Assembly (NCBI RefSeq): GCF_001866075.4
Contig: NZ_CP063356.2
Location: 5,192,926 to 5,224,925 of the forward strand
Reading direction: 5' to 3'
Source: Anaerobacillus isosaccharinicus
Lineage (GTDB): Bacteria > Bacillota > Bacilli > Bacillales > Anaerobacillaceae
DNA: 32,000 nucleotides
This document shows positions 19,211 to 28,977 of this stretch, piece by piece. The first letter of the stretch is position 1. Every line of letters starts with the position of its first letter. The position numbers and the translations under genes were made by a program. Under the pieces are notes generated by a model. That model was not told the DNA's origin and made no database searches. It saw only the letters and a list, made by a program, of their open reading frames with translations.

Positions 19211-19302
19211 GTTCGCTTCCCCTCCCTTAACCTAAAAAACAGATTTATCTATTTGTCATTATACAATAATGAAGACTTAAGATACTATCTTAAAACATAA
19301 AT

Positions 19303-19338
19303 CAAAAAGAAAGAGAACACATTTTGTGCTCCCTTTCT
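19303..19338 (-). terminator. Rho-independent terminator after yyaD
   Basis: 14-bp stem AGAAAGGGAGCACA/UGUGUUCUCUUUCU (two G.U pairs) with a 3-nt loop, followed by UUUUGAUUU, 2 nt after the stop. Confidence 0.7.
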
Positions 19339-19340
19339 AC

Positions 19341-20381
19341 TCATGCTTCACCATGATAATTTTTTGCAATTGGATATAGCAGAATTGCCGCTAATATATA
19401 TAAATTTAGTACACCGTATAATGGGTATAGTACTGCAATTAATGTTGAAAAACCAATTTTCGTCAAAGGGATCATCGCTAAAATGAGGAAAAATGCCAAT
19501 GCCCACAGTGGGATTGAAACATATTTTCTAAATCTCGTTGTTAATCCAAAAAGTCCAGCCGCAGCCGTAGTATATATGGCTACCCATAATAAACCTGACA
19601 TAACTAAAACCATAAAGTATGGATAATGTTTAAGAATAGCAAACAATGGAATTTCATAAAACATAATATCGTGAGCGACTTTCAATAAGGACTCATTATA
19701 GAGAAAAGAAATACCACCAAGCACAACTCCACTTCCCACACTTGCAATCCAGATCTCACCTTTTGTTTTTATTTCGCTTCCTATACCAGCTAAAACAGCT
19801 ACAAGAGGCAAGATATTTAACGCTGTGAAAGTAAAAGCTGCCGGCCAATTTCCTTGTTTACTTACACTTAAATTGACTGAAAAGCCTTGAAGGAATTGAA
19901 ATGAAAGTAAAATTCCGATTAGAAAAATGATTAAGATCGGCACAACGACTGAATTCATGGATGTAATCCCTTTTGTATCCCAGAAAAACAAGACAACTAG
20001 TAATCCTGAAATAAACATAATTCCTAGCCAATATGGCAAATGAACAACTTCTAATGTAGCTCCTCCGCCAGCTAACATCACTACTGTCACCGAAAATAAA
20101 TACAAAATAATCATATAATCATACAATCTAGTTAACTTCTTTCCCATTAGAAGTTGTAGCACTGGCACATAATCATTCGTTTTTTGGTTATAGCTTATTC
20201 CCATTATGACTGACACGCATATACTAAATAAAACCGCAAACAGTATAATTGCAAATCCACTTTCGTTCCCAAAAAACTCCCATAATTCTCTTCCTGATGC
20301 ATAGCCTGCACCAATCATTGTTCCAATAATTAAAAACATCCATTTGAAGCCTGCTTTTATCACACAAATGCACCCTTTCAT
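19341..20381 (-). CDS. yyaD: Polytopic membrane protein, YkvI/YyaD family (putative transporter)
   Basis: 346 aa, about 10 or more hydrophobic segments, IGTMIGAGYASGRELWEFF N-terminal motif. Syntenic with B. subtilis yyaD. The start codon is uncertain because the SD is weak. Confidence 0.8.
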   Translation of the reverse strand: MKGCICVIKAGFKWMFLIIGTMIGAGYASGRELWEFFGNESGFAIILFAVLFSICVSVIMGISYNQKTNDYVPVLQLLMGKKLTRLYDYMIILYLFSVTVVMLAGGGATLEVVHLPYWLGIMFISGLLVVLFFWDTKGITSMNSVVVPILIIFLIGILLSFQFLQGFSVNLSVSKQGNWPAAFTFTALNILPLVAVLAGIGSEIKTKGEIWIASVGSGVVLGGISFLYNESLLKVAHDIMFYEIPLFAILKHYPYFMVLVMSGLLWVAIYTTAAAGLFGLTTRFRKYVSIPLWALAFFLILAMIPLTKIGFSTLIAVLYPLYGVLNLYILAAILLYPIAKNYHGEA

Positions 20382-20461
20382 TATTTATTCCCGGGCATGT
20401 ATAGAAAGGAAAAAATATCCGTATACTAATACTATTAATTTTTAAGATGGGAGGTCATAGG

Positions 20462-21082
20462 ATGATTACACGTAATCTCTTTAAAAAGAAACAGTTACCA
20501 TTTCGAGTTCATATTGATGAAACTAATGCAGCCCATGACTTTGCAAACCAACTACTAGACCTTCTACCAAAACTATTAAAAAGAGATATTGTCATAGTCT
20601 GTATTGGCACCGATAGATCAACTGGTGATTCTTTAGGACCGTTAATTGGTTCTAGATTAAAAGAAAGTAATTTAGACTTCTTTCACACTTATGGAACATT
20701 AGAAAATCCAATTCATGCAGTAAATCTTGAAGAGAAATTAGCTGAAATTAACGAGAGACATAGTAATGCTTTTGTCATTGGTATCGACGCCTGTCTCGGA
20801 CGTTCAACAAGTGTTGGCTTTATTTCAATTGCGGATGGCCCTGTTAAACCTGGAGCTGCAGTTAATAAAAAGCTTCCACCTGTTGGTGACATTCATATTA
20901 CTGGTATCGTAAATGTTGGTGGATTTATGGAATACATGGTACTGCAAAATACTCGCCTTCACTTCGTAATAAAAATGGCTGATAAAATTGCCGAAAGTAT
21001 CCTTCTTACCGATAAGATACTTAATAAAGAAAGACAGCGTTCAATGTTAAAAAGCATTAAACCATCCTTTTTCTCTAGTTAA
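20462..21082 (+). CDS. yyaC: Sporulation protein / putative spore protease YyaC (GPR-like)
   Basis: VIVCIGTDRSTGDSLGPLIGSRL and GIDACLGR...GDIHITGIVNVGGFMEY are hallmark YyaC motifs. The ATG at 20462 lies 7 nt after GGGAGG; the ORF-track ATG at 20447 lacks an RBS. Confidence 0.9.
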   Translation: MITRNLFKKKQLPFRVHIDETNAAHDFANQLLDLLPKLLKRDIVIVCIGTDRSTGDSLGPLIGSRLKESNLDFFHTYGTLENPIHAVNLEEKLAEINERHSNAFVIGIDACLGRSTSVGFISIADGPVKPGAAVNKKLPPVGDIHITGIVNVGGFMEYMVLQNTRLHFVIKMADKIAESILLTDKILNKERQRSMLKSIKPSFFSS

Positions 21083-21152
21083 AGAATTATGTAACCTTCA
21101 ATTCGAAATATTTATTTAGCTACTTTAACTATTTAAAACCTTTATTAAGCAC

Positions 21153-21200
21153 GAAAAAAGACAACTCCTTACATGTATATGTAGAGGTTGTCTTCTTTTA
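21153..21200. terminator. Bidirectional terminator between convergent yyaC and the DUF554 gene
   Basis: AAAAAAGACAAC...GTTGTCTTCTTTTA. A 7-bp GC-containing stem extended by inner TACAT/ATGTA pairing, with an A-run on one side and a T-run on the other. Confidence 0.6.
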
Positions 21201-21261
21201 TGAATAATTTATTAGTTTTGCGTTTAAAGCGTAGAGTTTTCAAAGTAGCTCAGTGCAGTTT

Positions 21262-21963
21262 TTAAAAGAAGCTAAGGATCGTAACAATAACGGCTACTAC
21301 TAGAATTGCTGGTAGTAGATTAGCTACTCTAATTTTTGTAATTCCAAGAATGTTTAAACCGATCGCTAAAATCATCACGCCACCTGTTGCTGTCATTTCA
21401 ACAATAAATGCATCCATGATCACTTGTGGGACGTAATTTGTTATTTGTGTCGCGAGAATAGCAATCGTTCCTTGATAGACCATTACTGGAAATGCTGAGA
21501 ACAAAACACCAATACCAAGCGTACTAGTAAATAAAATTGCGGAAAAACCATCTAACATCGATTTCGTATATAACACGGCATGATCATTTCTTAAACCACT
21601 GTCTAGTGCACCAACAATAGCCATTGCACCAACAACATAGATTAATGTTGCTGTGACAAAACCTTTAGCAAAAGATCCCTCTTCCTTAGCACCTGTTTTT
21701 ACTTCTAACCATTTCCCAAGTCTGTTAAGCTTATCCTCTAAATCCCACTTTTCTCCTAAAACTGCACCTATAGCTAAACTTCCTATGACAATTAAGAAGT
21801 TCTCACTCTTTAATCCCATTCCTACTCCAATAATTATTACAGCTAATGCAATGGCTTGCATGACTGTTACTTTCACTCTTTCTGGAATATTTCTTAGCTT
21901 TATACCAATTAATGAACCAATAATAATTGCTAAACCATTTACAATTGTTCCAAACAACGCCAT
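21262..21963 (-). CDS. DUF554 family membrane protein (YqgA-like)
   Basis: 233 aa. MALFGTIVNGLAIIIGSLIG...DKLNRLGKWLE is the typical DUF554 organisation. AGGAGAAG RBS. Confidence 0.85.
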   Translation of the reverse strand: MALFGTIVNGLAIIIGSLIGIKLRNIPERVKVTVMQAIALAVIIIGVGMGLKSENFLIVIGSLAIGAVLGEKWDLEDKLNRLGKWLEVKTGAKEEGSFAKGFVTATLIYVVGAMAIVGALDSGLRNDHAVLYTKSMLDGFSAILFTSTLGIGVLFSAFPVMVYQGTIAILATQITNYVPQVIMDAFIVEMTATGGVMILAIGLNILGITKIRVANLLPAILVVAVIVTILSFF

Positions 21964-21975
21964 TCTCGTCTTCTC

Positions 21976-23136
21976 CTATCCCACTAAACCTTCTTTTATC
22001 TCTATAATCATATCAATCCATTGGTCAATTTCTTCTATTGTATTATAAAGTCCAAAACTAGCCCGTAACGTACCACCTTCAATTGTTCCAATCGTTTCAT
22101 GCGCTAATGGCGCACAATGGAGTCCACCTCTTAATGCAACTTGATAGTGTTGGTCAAATATCATTGCAATTTCTTGGACATCGGTTTCATTAATAATAAA
22201 CGGAATGACTGCCAACCTTTCAACATGAAGATCAGGACCAAATACAGTTACACCATTAATATTTTTGAGTTTTTCTAAGCAGTATTTTGTTAATTTCCAT
22301 TCATGTTGGAAAATAGTCTCGACACCTCTACTAACTACTTCATCAATTCCAGCCGATAATCCAGCGATACCTGGTGTGTTTAATGTTCCACTTTCATAGC
22401 GGTTTGGTCGTGCTAGAGGTTGATCTTTTTCTTCAGAATGACTACCAGTTCCCCCATGAAAAAGTGGAGTTAGTTCGATTGATTTTTTAACAATAAGGGC
22501 ACCCGTTCCTTGTGGACCTAATAACCCTTTATGACCTGGAAATGCTAGCATATCGATATTCATTTCTTCCATATTTATCGGCAATATACCCGCTGTTTGT
22601 GAAGCATCGACTAAAAAGGAAATTCCTCTCTCTTTACAAACTGTCCCGATCATTTCTATTGGAAAAATAGCCCCTGTTAAGTTTGAGCCGTGGCTAGCTA
22701 CAATTAATTTCGTTTCAGGGAGTACTTCTGTTAAAAGTTGTTCTCTTGAGATATGACCATTATGATCACTTTTTAAATAGGTAACCTTTACACCTTTTTC
22801 TTGTTTTAAATACTCCAAAGGTCTCCTTACCGAATTATGTTCGTAAGAAGTTGAAATAACATGATCACCTTGTTTTAGATGTAAACCTTTAATTCCTTGA
22901 TTTAGTGCGTGAGTTGCGTTTTGACAAAAGATCACATTATTCGGATCTTTTTCGCCAAAAAGCTTTGCTAGCTTTACTCTTGTTTCATATATGACTGACG
23001 CTGCCTGATTCGCTAATTGATGCCCACCTCGGCCTGGATTGGCTCCAAACTCATTAATGGCTTTGATAACAGCAGTCGCAACAGTGTCTGGCTTTGGAAA
23101 TGAAGAAGCCGCTTGATCAAAATAAATGATTGGCAC
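21976..23136 (-). CDS. Class-V aminotransferase-fold PLP enzyme, cysteine desulfurase family
   Basis: PLP-lysine motif AFPGHKGLLGPQG and active-site loop RGGLHCAP, typical of NifS/Csd-like desulfurases. GTG start 5 nt after AGGAGGG. Confidence 0.85.
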   Translation of the reverse strand: MPIIYFDQAASSFPKPDTVATAVIKAINEFGANPGRGGHQLANQAASVIYETRVKLAKLFGEKDPNNVIFCQNATHALNQGIKGLHLKQGDHVISTSYEHNSVRRPLEYLKQEKGVKVTYLKSDHNGHISREQLLTEVLPETKLIVASHGSNLTGAIFPIEMIGTVCKERGISFLVDASQTAGILPINMEEMNIDMLAFPGHKGLLGPQGTGALIVKKSIELTPLFHGGTGSHSEEKDQPLARPNRYESGTLNTPGIAGLSAGIDEVVSRGVETIFQHEWKLTKYCLEKLKNINGVTVFGPDLHVERLAVIPFIINETDVQEIAMIFDQHYQVALRGGLHCAPLAHETIGTIEGGTLRASFGLYNTIEEIDQWIDMIIEIKEGLVG

Positions 23137-23176
23137 GTTTACCCTCCTAACAAATTTCTCTTTAATCCTATAATTA

Positions 23177-23213
23177 GAAAAAAAGAGACTAACCCTTAAG
23201 GATTGGGTTAGAC
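23177..23213 (-). terminator. Rho-independent terminator of soj-spo0J
   Basis: Minus sense GUCUAACCC-AAUCCUUAA-GGGUUAGUC followed by UCUUUUUUUC. Confidence 0.7.
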
Positions 23214-23280
23214 CTCTTAAGAGACATCTTTACGTCCGTCTTACTTTTTGTCTAGCAAAAAACTAGCTCTTTTCTTATTA

Positions 23281-24126
23281 TTAGTTTCCTTCTAATAACG
23301 ATAAAATTCTTTCTAAATCATCTTCAGAATAAAATTGAATTTCAATCTTACCCCTTTTCTTATTTTTCTTGATCGCAACAGAAGTACCAAAACGATCTCT
23401 TAAATACTCTTCTTTTTCTTTTATGAAAATAGAAGGCTCTTGTTTTTTTCGAATTGTTTCACGTGAAACATTCTCATTTAGATTCTGAATAATTTGTTCT
23501 AGTTGCCTGACATTCAGACCTTCTTCAAGTACCTTTTTGAGTAAAGGTACGAGCTTTTCTTTATTTTTTAATCCTAGTAAAGCTCGTCCATGCCCCATGG
23601 AAAGCTCTCCTTCTTCGATTAAAGCTTGAACTTCGTTTGGTAACTGTAATAAACGAAGATGATTGGCAATATGTGGGCGACTTTTCCCTAAACGCTTTGC
23701 AAGCTGCTCTTGTGTTAATTTTAAATGTTTCATAAGCTTATCGTAGGCAACAGCTTCTTCGATCGAGTTCAAATCTTCCCTTTGTAAGTTCTCAATTAAG
23801 GCAAACTCCATCATTTTATCTTCTGTTAACTCTTTGATAACAACAGGGACTGTTTTTAATCCCGCCTCTGTAGCAGCACGATATCTACGCTCACCTACGA
23901 CAATTTCATAGCCTTTAATACTTTTGCGGACTAGGATTGGTTGTAATATGCCATGGTTTAGGATTGAATCTTTCAACTCAGTAATTGATTCCTCTGAAAA
24001 GTACTTTCTTGGTTGATAAGGATTTGGCCTTAATTCACTTAATGAAACCTCTTGAATTTGTTCTTGTTTTTCATCCATTGCATCTGGAAAAAATGCTGAT
24101 ATCCCCTTACCTAACCCTTTAGCCAT
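23281..24126 (-). CDS. parB: Chromosome partitioning protein ParB/Spo0J
   Basis: [13 protein letters not shown]..., [18 protein letters not shown] and the [28 protein letters not shown] are near-identical to B. subtilis Spo0J. The ATG at 24126 overlaps the soj stop; the ORF-track start is a TTG. Confidence 0.96.
   Translation of the reverse strand: MAKGLGKGISAFFPDAMDEKQEQIQEVSLSELRPNPYQPRKYFSEESITELKDSILNHGILQPILVRKSIKGYEIVVGERRYRAATEAGLKTVPVVIKELTEDKMMEFALIENLQREDLNSIEEAVAYDKLMKHLKLTQEQLAKRLGKSRPHIANHLRLLQLPNEVQALIEEGELSMGHGRALLGLKNKEKLVPLLKKVLEEGLNVRQLEQIIQNLNENVSRETIRKKQEPSIFIKEKEEYLRDRFGTSVAIKKNKKRGKIEIQFYSEDDLERILSLLEGN
23455..23470. other. parS centromere-like site (perfect 16-bp palindrome) inside parB
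   Basis: TGTTTCACGTGAAACA matches the Firmicute parS consensus TGTTNCACGTGAAACA exactly. B. subtilis also carries a parS within spo0J. Confidence 0.92.
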
Positions 24127-24880
24127 TCGCAACCACTTCCTTTGCTAAATCTAGATAAACTTCAGCTCCCCTTGATTTCGGGTCATAAGTAATGATTGGT
24201 TGCCCGTGACTTGGCGCTTCACTTAAACGTACATTTCTTGGAATAATTGTTTTAAAAACTTTTTCTCGAAAGTATTTTTTTACTTCATCAATCACTTGAA
24301 TTCCCAAATTCGTTCTCGCATCAAGCATCGTTAACAATACACCTTCAATTGCTAAGTTTTTATTTAAGTGCTTTTGAACTAACCTAACCGTATTTAAAAG
24401 TTGACTTAATCCTTCAAGGGCATAATACTCACATTGAACTGGTATTAAGACTGAATTAGCAGCTGTCAAAGAATTAATCGTTAATAAACCTAAAGAAGGT
24501 GGGCAGTCAATAATGATATAATCATATTCTAGTTCCACTTGTTCAAGTGCTCTTCTTAATCGAACTTCCCTTGAAATTGTAGGAACTAGCTCTATTTCAG
24601 CACCGGCTAACTGAATAGTAGAAGGTATAATATGTAAACCGTCTACCGTTGTTTGCCTGATAACTTCTTTTGGACTTATATCTTCAACTAAAATGTTATA
24701 AATACAATTTTCAACATCGCCTTTATCTATACCAATTCCACTTGTTGTATTTCCTTGGGGATCAACGTCAATTAACAGTACTTTTTTACCTAAATGAGCT
24801 AGACAAGCACTTAAATTAACAGCAGTGGTTGTTTTACCAACCCCACCTTTTTGATTCGCGATTGCTATTACTTTCCCCAT
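24119..24880 (-). CDS. soj: ParA-family ATPase Soj
   Basis: [23 protein letters not shown] is the deviant Walker A. 253 aa from the ATG at 24880, which follows GAGGTAGGTGA. The ORF-track start adds 12 aa. Confidence 0.96.
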   Translation of the reverse strand: MGKVIAIANQKGGVGKTTTAVNLSACLAHLGKKVLLIDVDPQGNTTSGIGIDKGDVENCIYNILVEDISPKEVIRQTTVDGLHIIPSTIQLAGAEIELVPTISREVRLRRALEQVELEYDYIIIDCPPSLGLLTINSLTAANSVLIPVQCEYYALEGLSQLLNTVRLVQKHLNKNLAIEGVLLTMLDARTNLGIQVIDEVKKYFREKVFKTIIPRNVRLSEAPSHGQPIITYDPKSRGAEVYLDLAKEVVANG

Positions 24881-25146
24881 TCTTTCACCTACCTCATTTA
24901 CATGTCTTTCTATCATATTTAAATAGAATTTTGGTATAAAATGTATCTAGATTAAGATTTTTAACCAAAAAATATCTATCTAAAAATGCATTAGTTATAT
25001 TTTATCATGAAAATTTAAAACTAAGTTATTTTTTACGTTAAAAAATTGAAAAACTATTGATATTGATAGAAAAGTAAATAAAAAAAGAACTCAAATCCGA
25101 GGAAGTGAGCCATAGAATTAAGATAAATGGTAATTACCTAAAATTA

Positions 25147-26007
25147 TTATTTCTTTTTTGGGATTTTAATCGTGAATTGATAATAGTCTTCATGATCTTC
25201 TTCATCGGTATCAATAGAAAGACCACTTTTGATAACCATATCAACAGATTGACGAATTGTATTCATCGCTAAACGCATATCTCTTGAAAATGCTTTTCTT
25301 TGCGGTTTTTTCTTTTTGATTGGTCCTTCTAAGAACTTCTTAATAAGTTCTTCGGTTTGTTTCACATTTAGTCCTTTTTCAATAACTTCCGTAAGAAGTT
25401 TTTCTTGAACCTCTTCATCTTTTACAGATAGAAGTGCTCTAGCATGACGTTCTGTAATCACTCGATTTAATATAGCTTCCTGTACCTTTTCCGGTAACTG
25501 TAATAGCCGAAGTTTATTTGCGATTGTGGACTGCCCTTTTCCAAGGCGTTGCGCTAAACTTTCTTGTGTTAAACCATGTAACTCTAATAATTTAGCATAG
25601 GCAACAGCTTCTTCAATCGCTGTTAAACCTTCACGTTGCAAATTTTCAATTAAAGCAACAGAAGCAGTTTGGGAATCATTAAATTCCTTCACAATTGCCG
25701 GAATATGCTCCCAACCTAATTTCGTCACTGCTCTCCAGCGGCGTTCCCCAGCAATGATCTCAAATCTACCATCACGCTCACGGACAACGATTGGTTGAAT
25801 AACACCATGGGTACGAATCGTTTGTGCTAATTCATCAATACGTTCATCAACAAAAACAGTACGGGGCTGAAAACGATTTGGTACTATATCCTTAATAGGT
25901 AATTGTTTTACTTCTTCGTTCTCCCTAATTTCCTCAACTTTTTCTACTTCTTCAATTATTTCTTCGCTCTTTTCATTAAAACCGAACAGGCGTGAAAACG
26001 GCTTCAT
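25147..26007 (-). CDS. noc: Nucleoid occlusion protein Noc (ParB paralogue)
   Basis: [10 protein letters not shown] is the N-terminal amphipathic membrane-targeting helix typical of Noc. ParB box GERRWRA and [28 protein letters not shown]. Sits between rsmG and soj as in B. subtilis. Confidence 0.93.
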   Translation of the reverse strand: MKPFSRLFGFNEKSEEIIEEVEKVEEIRENEEVKQLPIKDIVPNRFQPRTVFVDERIDELAQTIRTHGVIQPIVVRERDGRFEIIAGERRWRAVTKLGWEHIPAIVKEFNDSQTASVALIENLQREGLTAIEEAVAYAKLLELHGLTQESLAQRLGKGQSTIANKLRLLQLPEKVQEAILNRVITERHARALLSVKDEEVQEKLLTEVIEKGLNVKQTEELIKKFLEGPIKKKKPQRKAFSRDMRLAMNTIRQSVDMVIKSGLSIDTDEEDHEDYYQFTIKIPKKK

Positions 26008-26101
26008 CGCGACACCACCCTCTGAAAACTACCTTCCTAACATATTTCTACATTGATATTAGAAAGTCCTTCTTTAATAATAACATTATAAACAATAAAA
26101 A

Positions 26102-26117
26102 TGTTTCACGTGAAACA
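26102..26117. other. parS site (perfect) in the rsmG-noc intergenic region, centre of a 30-bp perfect palindrome
   Basis: TGTTTCACGTGAAACA. The flanks extend the palindrome to ATAAAAATGTTTCACGTGAAACATTTTTAT (26095-26124). Confidence 0.92.
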
Positions 26118-26204
26118 TTTTTATTATGAATAAATCAAATAAGTCTATTAGACTAGCAAATTCAAAGATCAGTCAGATGTAACCAACAAATTTACTCTCC
26201 TAAA

Positions 26205-26230
26205 GAAGCTAACGATTAGTAGTTAGCTTC
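26205..26230 (-). terminator. Strong hairpin just after the rsmG stop (possible terminator; short U-tract)
   Basis: Perfect 9-bp stem GAAGCTAAC/GTTAGCTTC with an 8-nt loop. The minus-sense tail is only UUUAGG. Confidence 0.4.
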
Positions 26231-26248
26231 CTAAAGAATTTCAAATTT

Positions 26249-26962
26249 TTATAACGGTTGTTTATTTGGAGTTCCTGGCTTTCTTGGATACGTATTTGGT
26301 GTTTTCTTGCGTTTTTCGATAAATACAAAATGTCTTGTACTCTCTTCAACGGGTAATAATAAACTTTCGTTTCTAACAACGTGTCCTCCAAGAGTAGCAA
26401 TCGCTTTTTTACTATCTGCAATTTCATTAACTACTTCCGGACCTTTCATTGCTAGGAACAAGCCGCCTACTTTCACTAAAGGCAAACAAAGTTCTGCTAA
26501 AACAGGCATTCTTGCTACAGCCCTAGCTATGACAAAATCATAATTTTCACGATGTTCTTTTTTCTTAGCAAACGATTCAGCACGATCATGAAAAAATGCT
26601 ACCTTTTCTAACTTTAACATTGAAGCTAAATGTTGTAAAAAAGAAATTCGCTTGTTCAAAGAATCGACAATTGTTACGTTTAAGTGAGGAAAACAAATTT
26701 TTATGGGAATACTTGGAAATCCAGCTCCAGCACCTACATCAACTAGACGTAACGGCTTTGTGAAATCATGAAAAAAAGCTGCACTAATTGAATCATAAAA
26801 ATGTTTTAAATACACCGCTTCTTCATCGGTAATCGCTGTTAAATTCATTTTATTATTCCACTCAACTAATTCACGAAAATATAACTCAAATTGTTGCATT
26901 TGCGTTTCATTAAGAACAATACCTTTTTCTGCTAAGCTAGAATGAAACTCTGTCTTATTCAT
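26249..26962 (-). CDS. rsmG: 16S rRNA (guanine527-N7)-methyltransferase RsmG (GidB)
   Basis: [17 protein letters not shown]...[13 protein letters not shown]...VYLKHFYDS...[15 protein letters not shown] is the SAM motif. The ATG at 26962 overlaps the mnmG stop; the ORF-track start is a GTG. Confidence 0.95.
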   Translation of the reverse strand: MNKTEFHSSLAEKGIVLNETQMQQFELYFRELVEWNNKMNLTAITDEEAVYLKHFYDSISAAFFHDFTKPLRLVDVGAGAGFPSIPIKICFPHLNVTIVDSLNKRISFLQHLASMLKLEKVAFFHDRAESFAKKKEHRENYDFVIARAVARMPVLAELCLPLVKVGGLFLAMKGPEVVNEIADSKKAIATLGGHVVRNESLLLPVEESTRHFVFIEKRKKTPNTYPRKPGTPNKQPL

Positions 26963-28859
26963 CTGTACCACTTTCTTTCGTTCTTTTTAATTTACCTTGC
27001 TCTAAATAGACTAATAAAATTGATACATCAGCAGGATTAACACCTGAAACCCTTGAAGCCTGACCAACAGAAAGCGGTCTTACTTCACTTAGTTTTTGAC
27101 GAGCCTCTGTTGCCAGTCCAGAAATTGCATGATAATCAAGATTTTCAGGGATCTTTTTATCATCCATTTTCTTCATTTTTTCAACTTGTTGATACTGCTT
27201 TTCAATATATCCAGCATACTTAATTTGAATTTCTACTTGTTCAGCCACTTCAGCTGAAACTTCTTCATCACTAGGGAAAAGCTTCGCAATAAATTGATAC
27301 GTAATTTCAGGACGCTTTAATAGTACAGATGCTTTATAACCATCTTGTAATGGTGAAGATCCAATTTCAGCAAGTAATGACTGCACTTCACTAGTCGGCC
27401 TAATCATCGTTTGTTCTAATCGCTCAATTTCCTTTCTAACTTGGTCTTGTTTTGCGACAAAACGCTGGTAACGTTCCTCAGGAATAAGGCCGACCTTATA
27501 TCCAATTTCTGTAAGTCTTAGATCAGCATTGTCATGACGCAGCACTAACCGATGCTCCGCTCTTGAAGTAAGCAACCGATAAGGTTCATTCGTTCCTTTT
27601 GTTACTAAATCATCTACTAAAACACCAATATATGCTTCTGAACGATCAAGAATAATCGGCTCGCGGTTAGATGCTTTTAGCGCTGCATTAATCCCTGCAA
27701 AAATCCCTTGCCCTGCAGCCTCTTCATAGCCTGATGTTCCATTAATTTGACCTGCTGTAAAAAGGTTTTGAACTAATTTTGTTTCAAGAGTTGGCCAAAG
27801 TTGCGTTGGTACGACTGCATCATACTCAATGGCATACCCTGGACGCATCATTTTTACATTTTCTAACCCTTTAATTGTTTTTAACATTTCTAGCTGCACT
27901 TCTTCTGGCAAGCTTGTTGAAAATCCTTGGACATAAACTTCAGACGTATTTTTCCCTTCAGGTTCTAGAAAAATTTGGTGTCTAGGCTTATCACTAAAAC
28001 GAACAATTTTATCCTCAATTGACGGACAATATCTTGGACCAGTTCCTTCTATTACTCCTGAATACATAGGCGAACGGTGCAAATTAGCATTTATAATTCC
28101 GTGTGTTTCCTCTGTCGTATACGTTAACCAACAAGGTAATTGATCTACGACATTAAATTCTTTCGTTTCATATGAAAAAGCTCTTGGTTCATCATCTCCA
28201 GGTTGAATTTCGGTCACGCTATAATCAATAGTATCTCCTTGAACACGTGGAGGAGTTCCTGTTTTAAATCTAACTAACTGAAAGCCATGATTAAGTAAAT
28301 CATACGCTAAATTAACAGAAGGCTGTTGATTGTTTGGTCCACTTTCATAAGCTAAGTCACCAAGTATGACTTTTCCTCGTAAATAAGTACCGGTTGTAAT
28401 AATGACTGTCTTAGCTTTATAAGTTGCACCAGTATTAGTAACAACACCGCGGCAAAGTCCATCTTCAACAATTAGTTTTTCAACCATTCCTTGACGTAAC
28501 AATAAATTCTCTTGCTCTTCGATTGTCTTTTTCATTTCATGTTGATATAAATATTTATCGGCCTGAGCACGCAGCGCCCGGACTGCTGGCCCCTTTGCAG
28601 TGTTTAACATTCTCATTTGAATATGGGTTTTATCAATATTCCTTCCCATTTCGCCACCAAGAGCATCTATTTCTCTAACAACTATCCCTTTTGCAGGACC
28701 ACCTACAGAAGGATTACAAGGCATATAAGCAACTGCATCTAAATTTAACGTTAACATTAACGTGTTAGCACCCATTCGTGCCGCAGCTAAGCCCGCCTCT
28801 ACCCCTGCATGCCCAGCCCCAACAACGATAACATCAAACTCACCAGCATGATATTCCAT
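26955..28859 (-). CDS. mnmG: tRNA uridine 5-carboxymethylaminomethyl modification enzyme MnmG (GidA)
   Basis: [23 protein letters not shown] is the FAD dinucleotide fold. 634 aa, collinear with GidA. Confidence 0.97.
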   Translation of the reverse strand: MEYHAGEFDVIVVGAGHAGVEAGLAAARMGANTLMLTLNLDAVAYMPCNPSVGGPAKGIVVREIDALGGEMGRNIDKTHIQMRMLNTAKGPAVRALRAQADKYLYQHEMKKTIEEQENLLLRQGMVEKLIVEDGLCRGVVTNTGATYKAKTVIITTGTYLRGKVILGDLAYESGPNNQQPSVNLAYDLLNHGFQLVRFKTGTPPRVQGDTIDYSVTEIQPGDDEPRAFSYETKEFNVVDQLPCWLTYTTEETHGIINANLHRSPMYSGVIEGTGPRYCPSIEDKIVRFSDKPRHQIFLEPEGKNTSEVYVQGFSTSLPEEVQLEMLKTIKGLENVKMMRPGYAIEYDAVVPTQLWPTLETKLVQNLFTAGQINGTSGYEEAAGQGIFAGINAALKASNREPIILDRSEAYIGVLVDDLVTKGTNEPYRLLTSRAEHRLVLRHDNADLRLTEIGYKVGLIPEERYQRFVAKQDQVRKEIERLEQTMIRPTSEVQSLLAEIGSSPLQDGYKASVLLKRPEITYQFIAKLFPSDEEVSAEVAEQVEIQIKYAGYIEKQYQQVEKMKKMDDKKIPENLDYHAISGLATEARQKLSEVRPLSVGQASRVSGVNPADVSILLVYLEQGKLKRTKESGTDE

Positions 28860-28879
28860 TAAAATTCCTCCTCTACTTC

Positions 28880-28977
28880 ATTGTAAAATGTAGAATTTAG
28901 AATGTAGAATTAGTCGAGGGGAAAGCTTCGAAGCAACACTCACAACATTCTTCATTTTAAATTTTACATTCTACATT
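28880..28977. repeat. Palindromic heptamer-array element, copy D (best hairpin)
   Basis: ATTGTAAAATGTAGAATTTAGAATGTAGAAT, spacer TAGTCGAGGGGA, core AAGCTTCGAAGC (CTTCGAAG 28926-28933), spacer AACACTCACAAC, then ATTCTTCATTTTAAATTTTACATTCTACATT. By hand, 26 Watson-Crick pairs plus 1 G.U over 31 arm positions. Confidence 0.93.

Noticed and set aside
20386-20399. CCCGGG-centred NBS-like sequence in the yyaD-yyaC divergent region
   Set aside because: Only 9 of 14 positions match ATTTCCCGGGAAAT and the flanks are not palindromic.
21653-22048. 131-aa plus-strand ORF, and similar antisense ORFs at 6051-6233, 6438-6620, 8483-8683, 10164-10432, 11751-12068, 13853-14149, 14913-15131, 26307-26543 and 29233-29430
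   Set aside because: Each lies wholly antisense within a well-supported conserved gene, lacks an RBS, and has a composition typical of shadow ORFs.
24921-24956. Arm-like string AAATAGAATTTTGGTATAAAATGTATCTAGATTAAG upstream of soj
   Set aside because: It contains TAGAAT and TAAAATGTA fragments reminiscent of a left arm. There is no 7-bp register over more than two units, no core and no inverted partner, so this is probably chance in AT-rich DNA.
25110-25147. Terminator after noc (GCTCA...TGAGT plus a T-run around 25085-25112)
   Set aside because: It is only a 5-bp stem including a G.U pair, with a 12-nt loop. The T-run is good but the hairpin is too weak to report as a feature.
28880-28977. 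Heptamers as Spo0A boxes (TGNCGAA) or WalR sites (TGTWAH-N5-TGTWAH)
   Set aside because: TGTAGAA and TGTAAAA miss the conserved C of the 0A box in essentially every unit. The 7-bp period does not give the 11-bp spacing required for WalR direct repeats. The resemblance is probably compositional.
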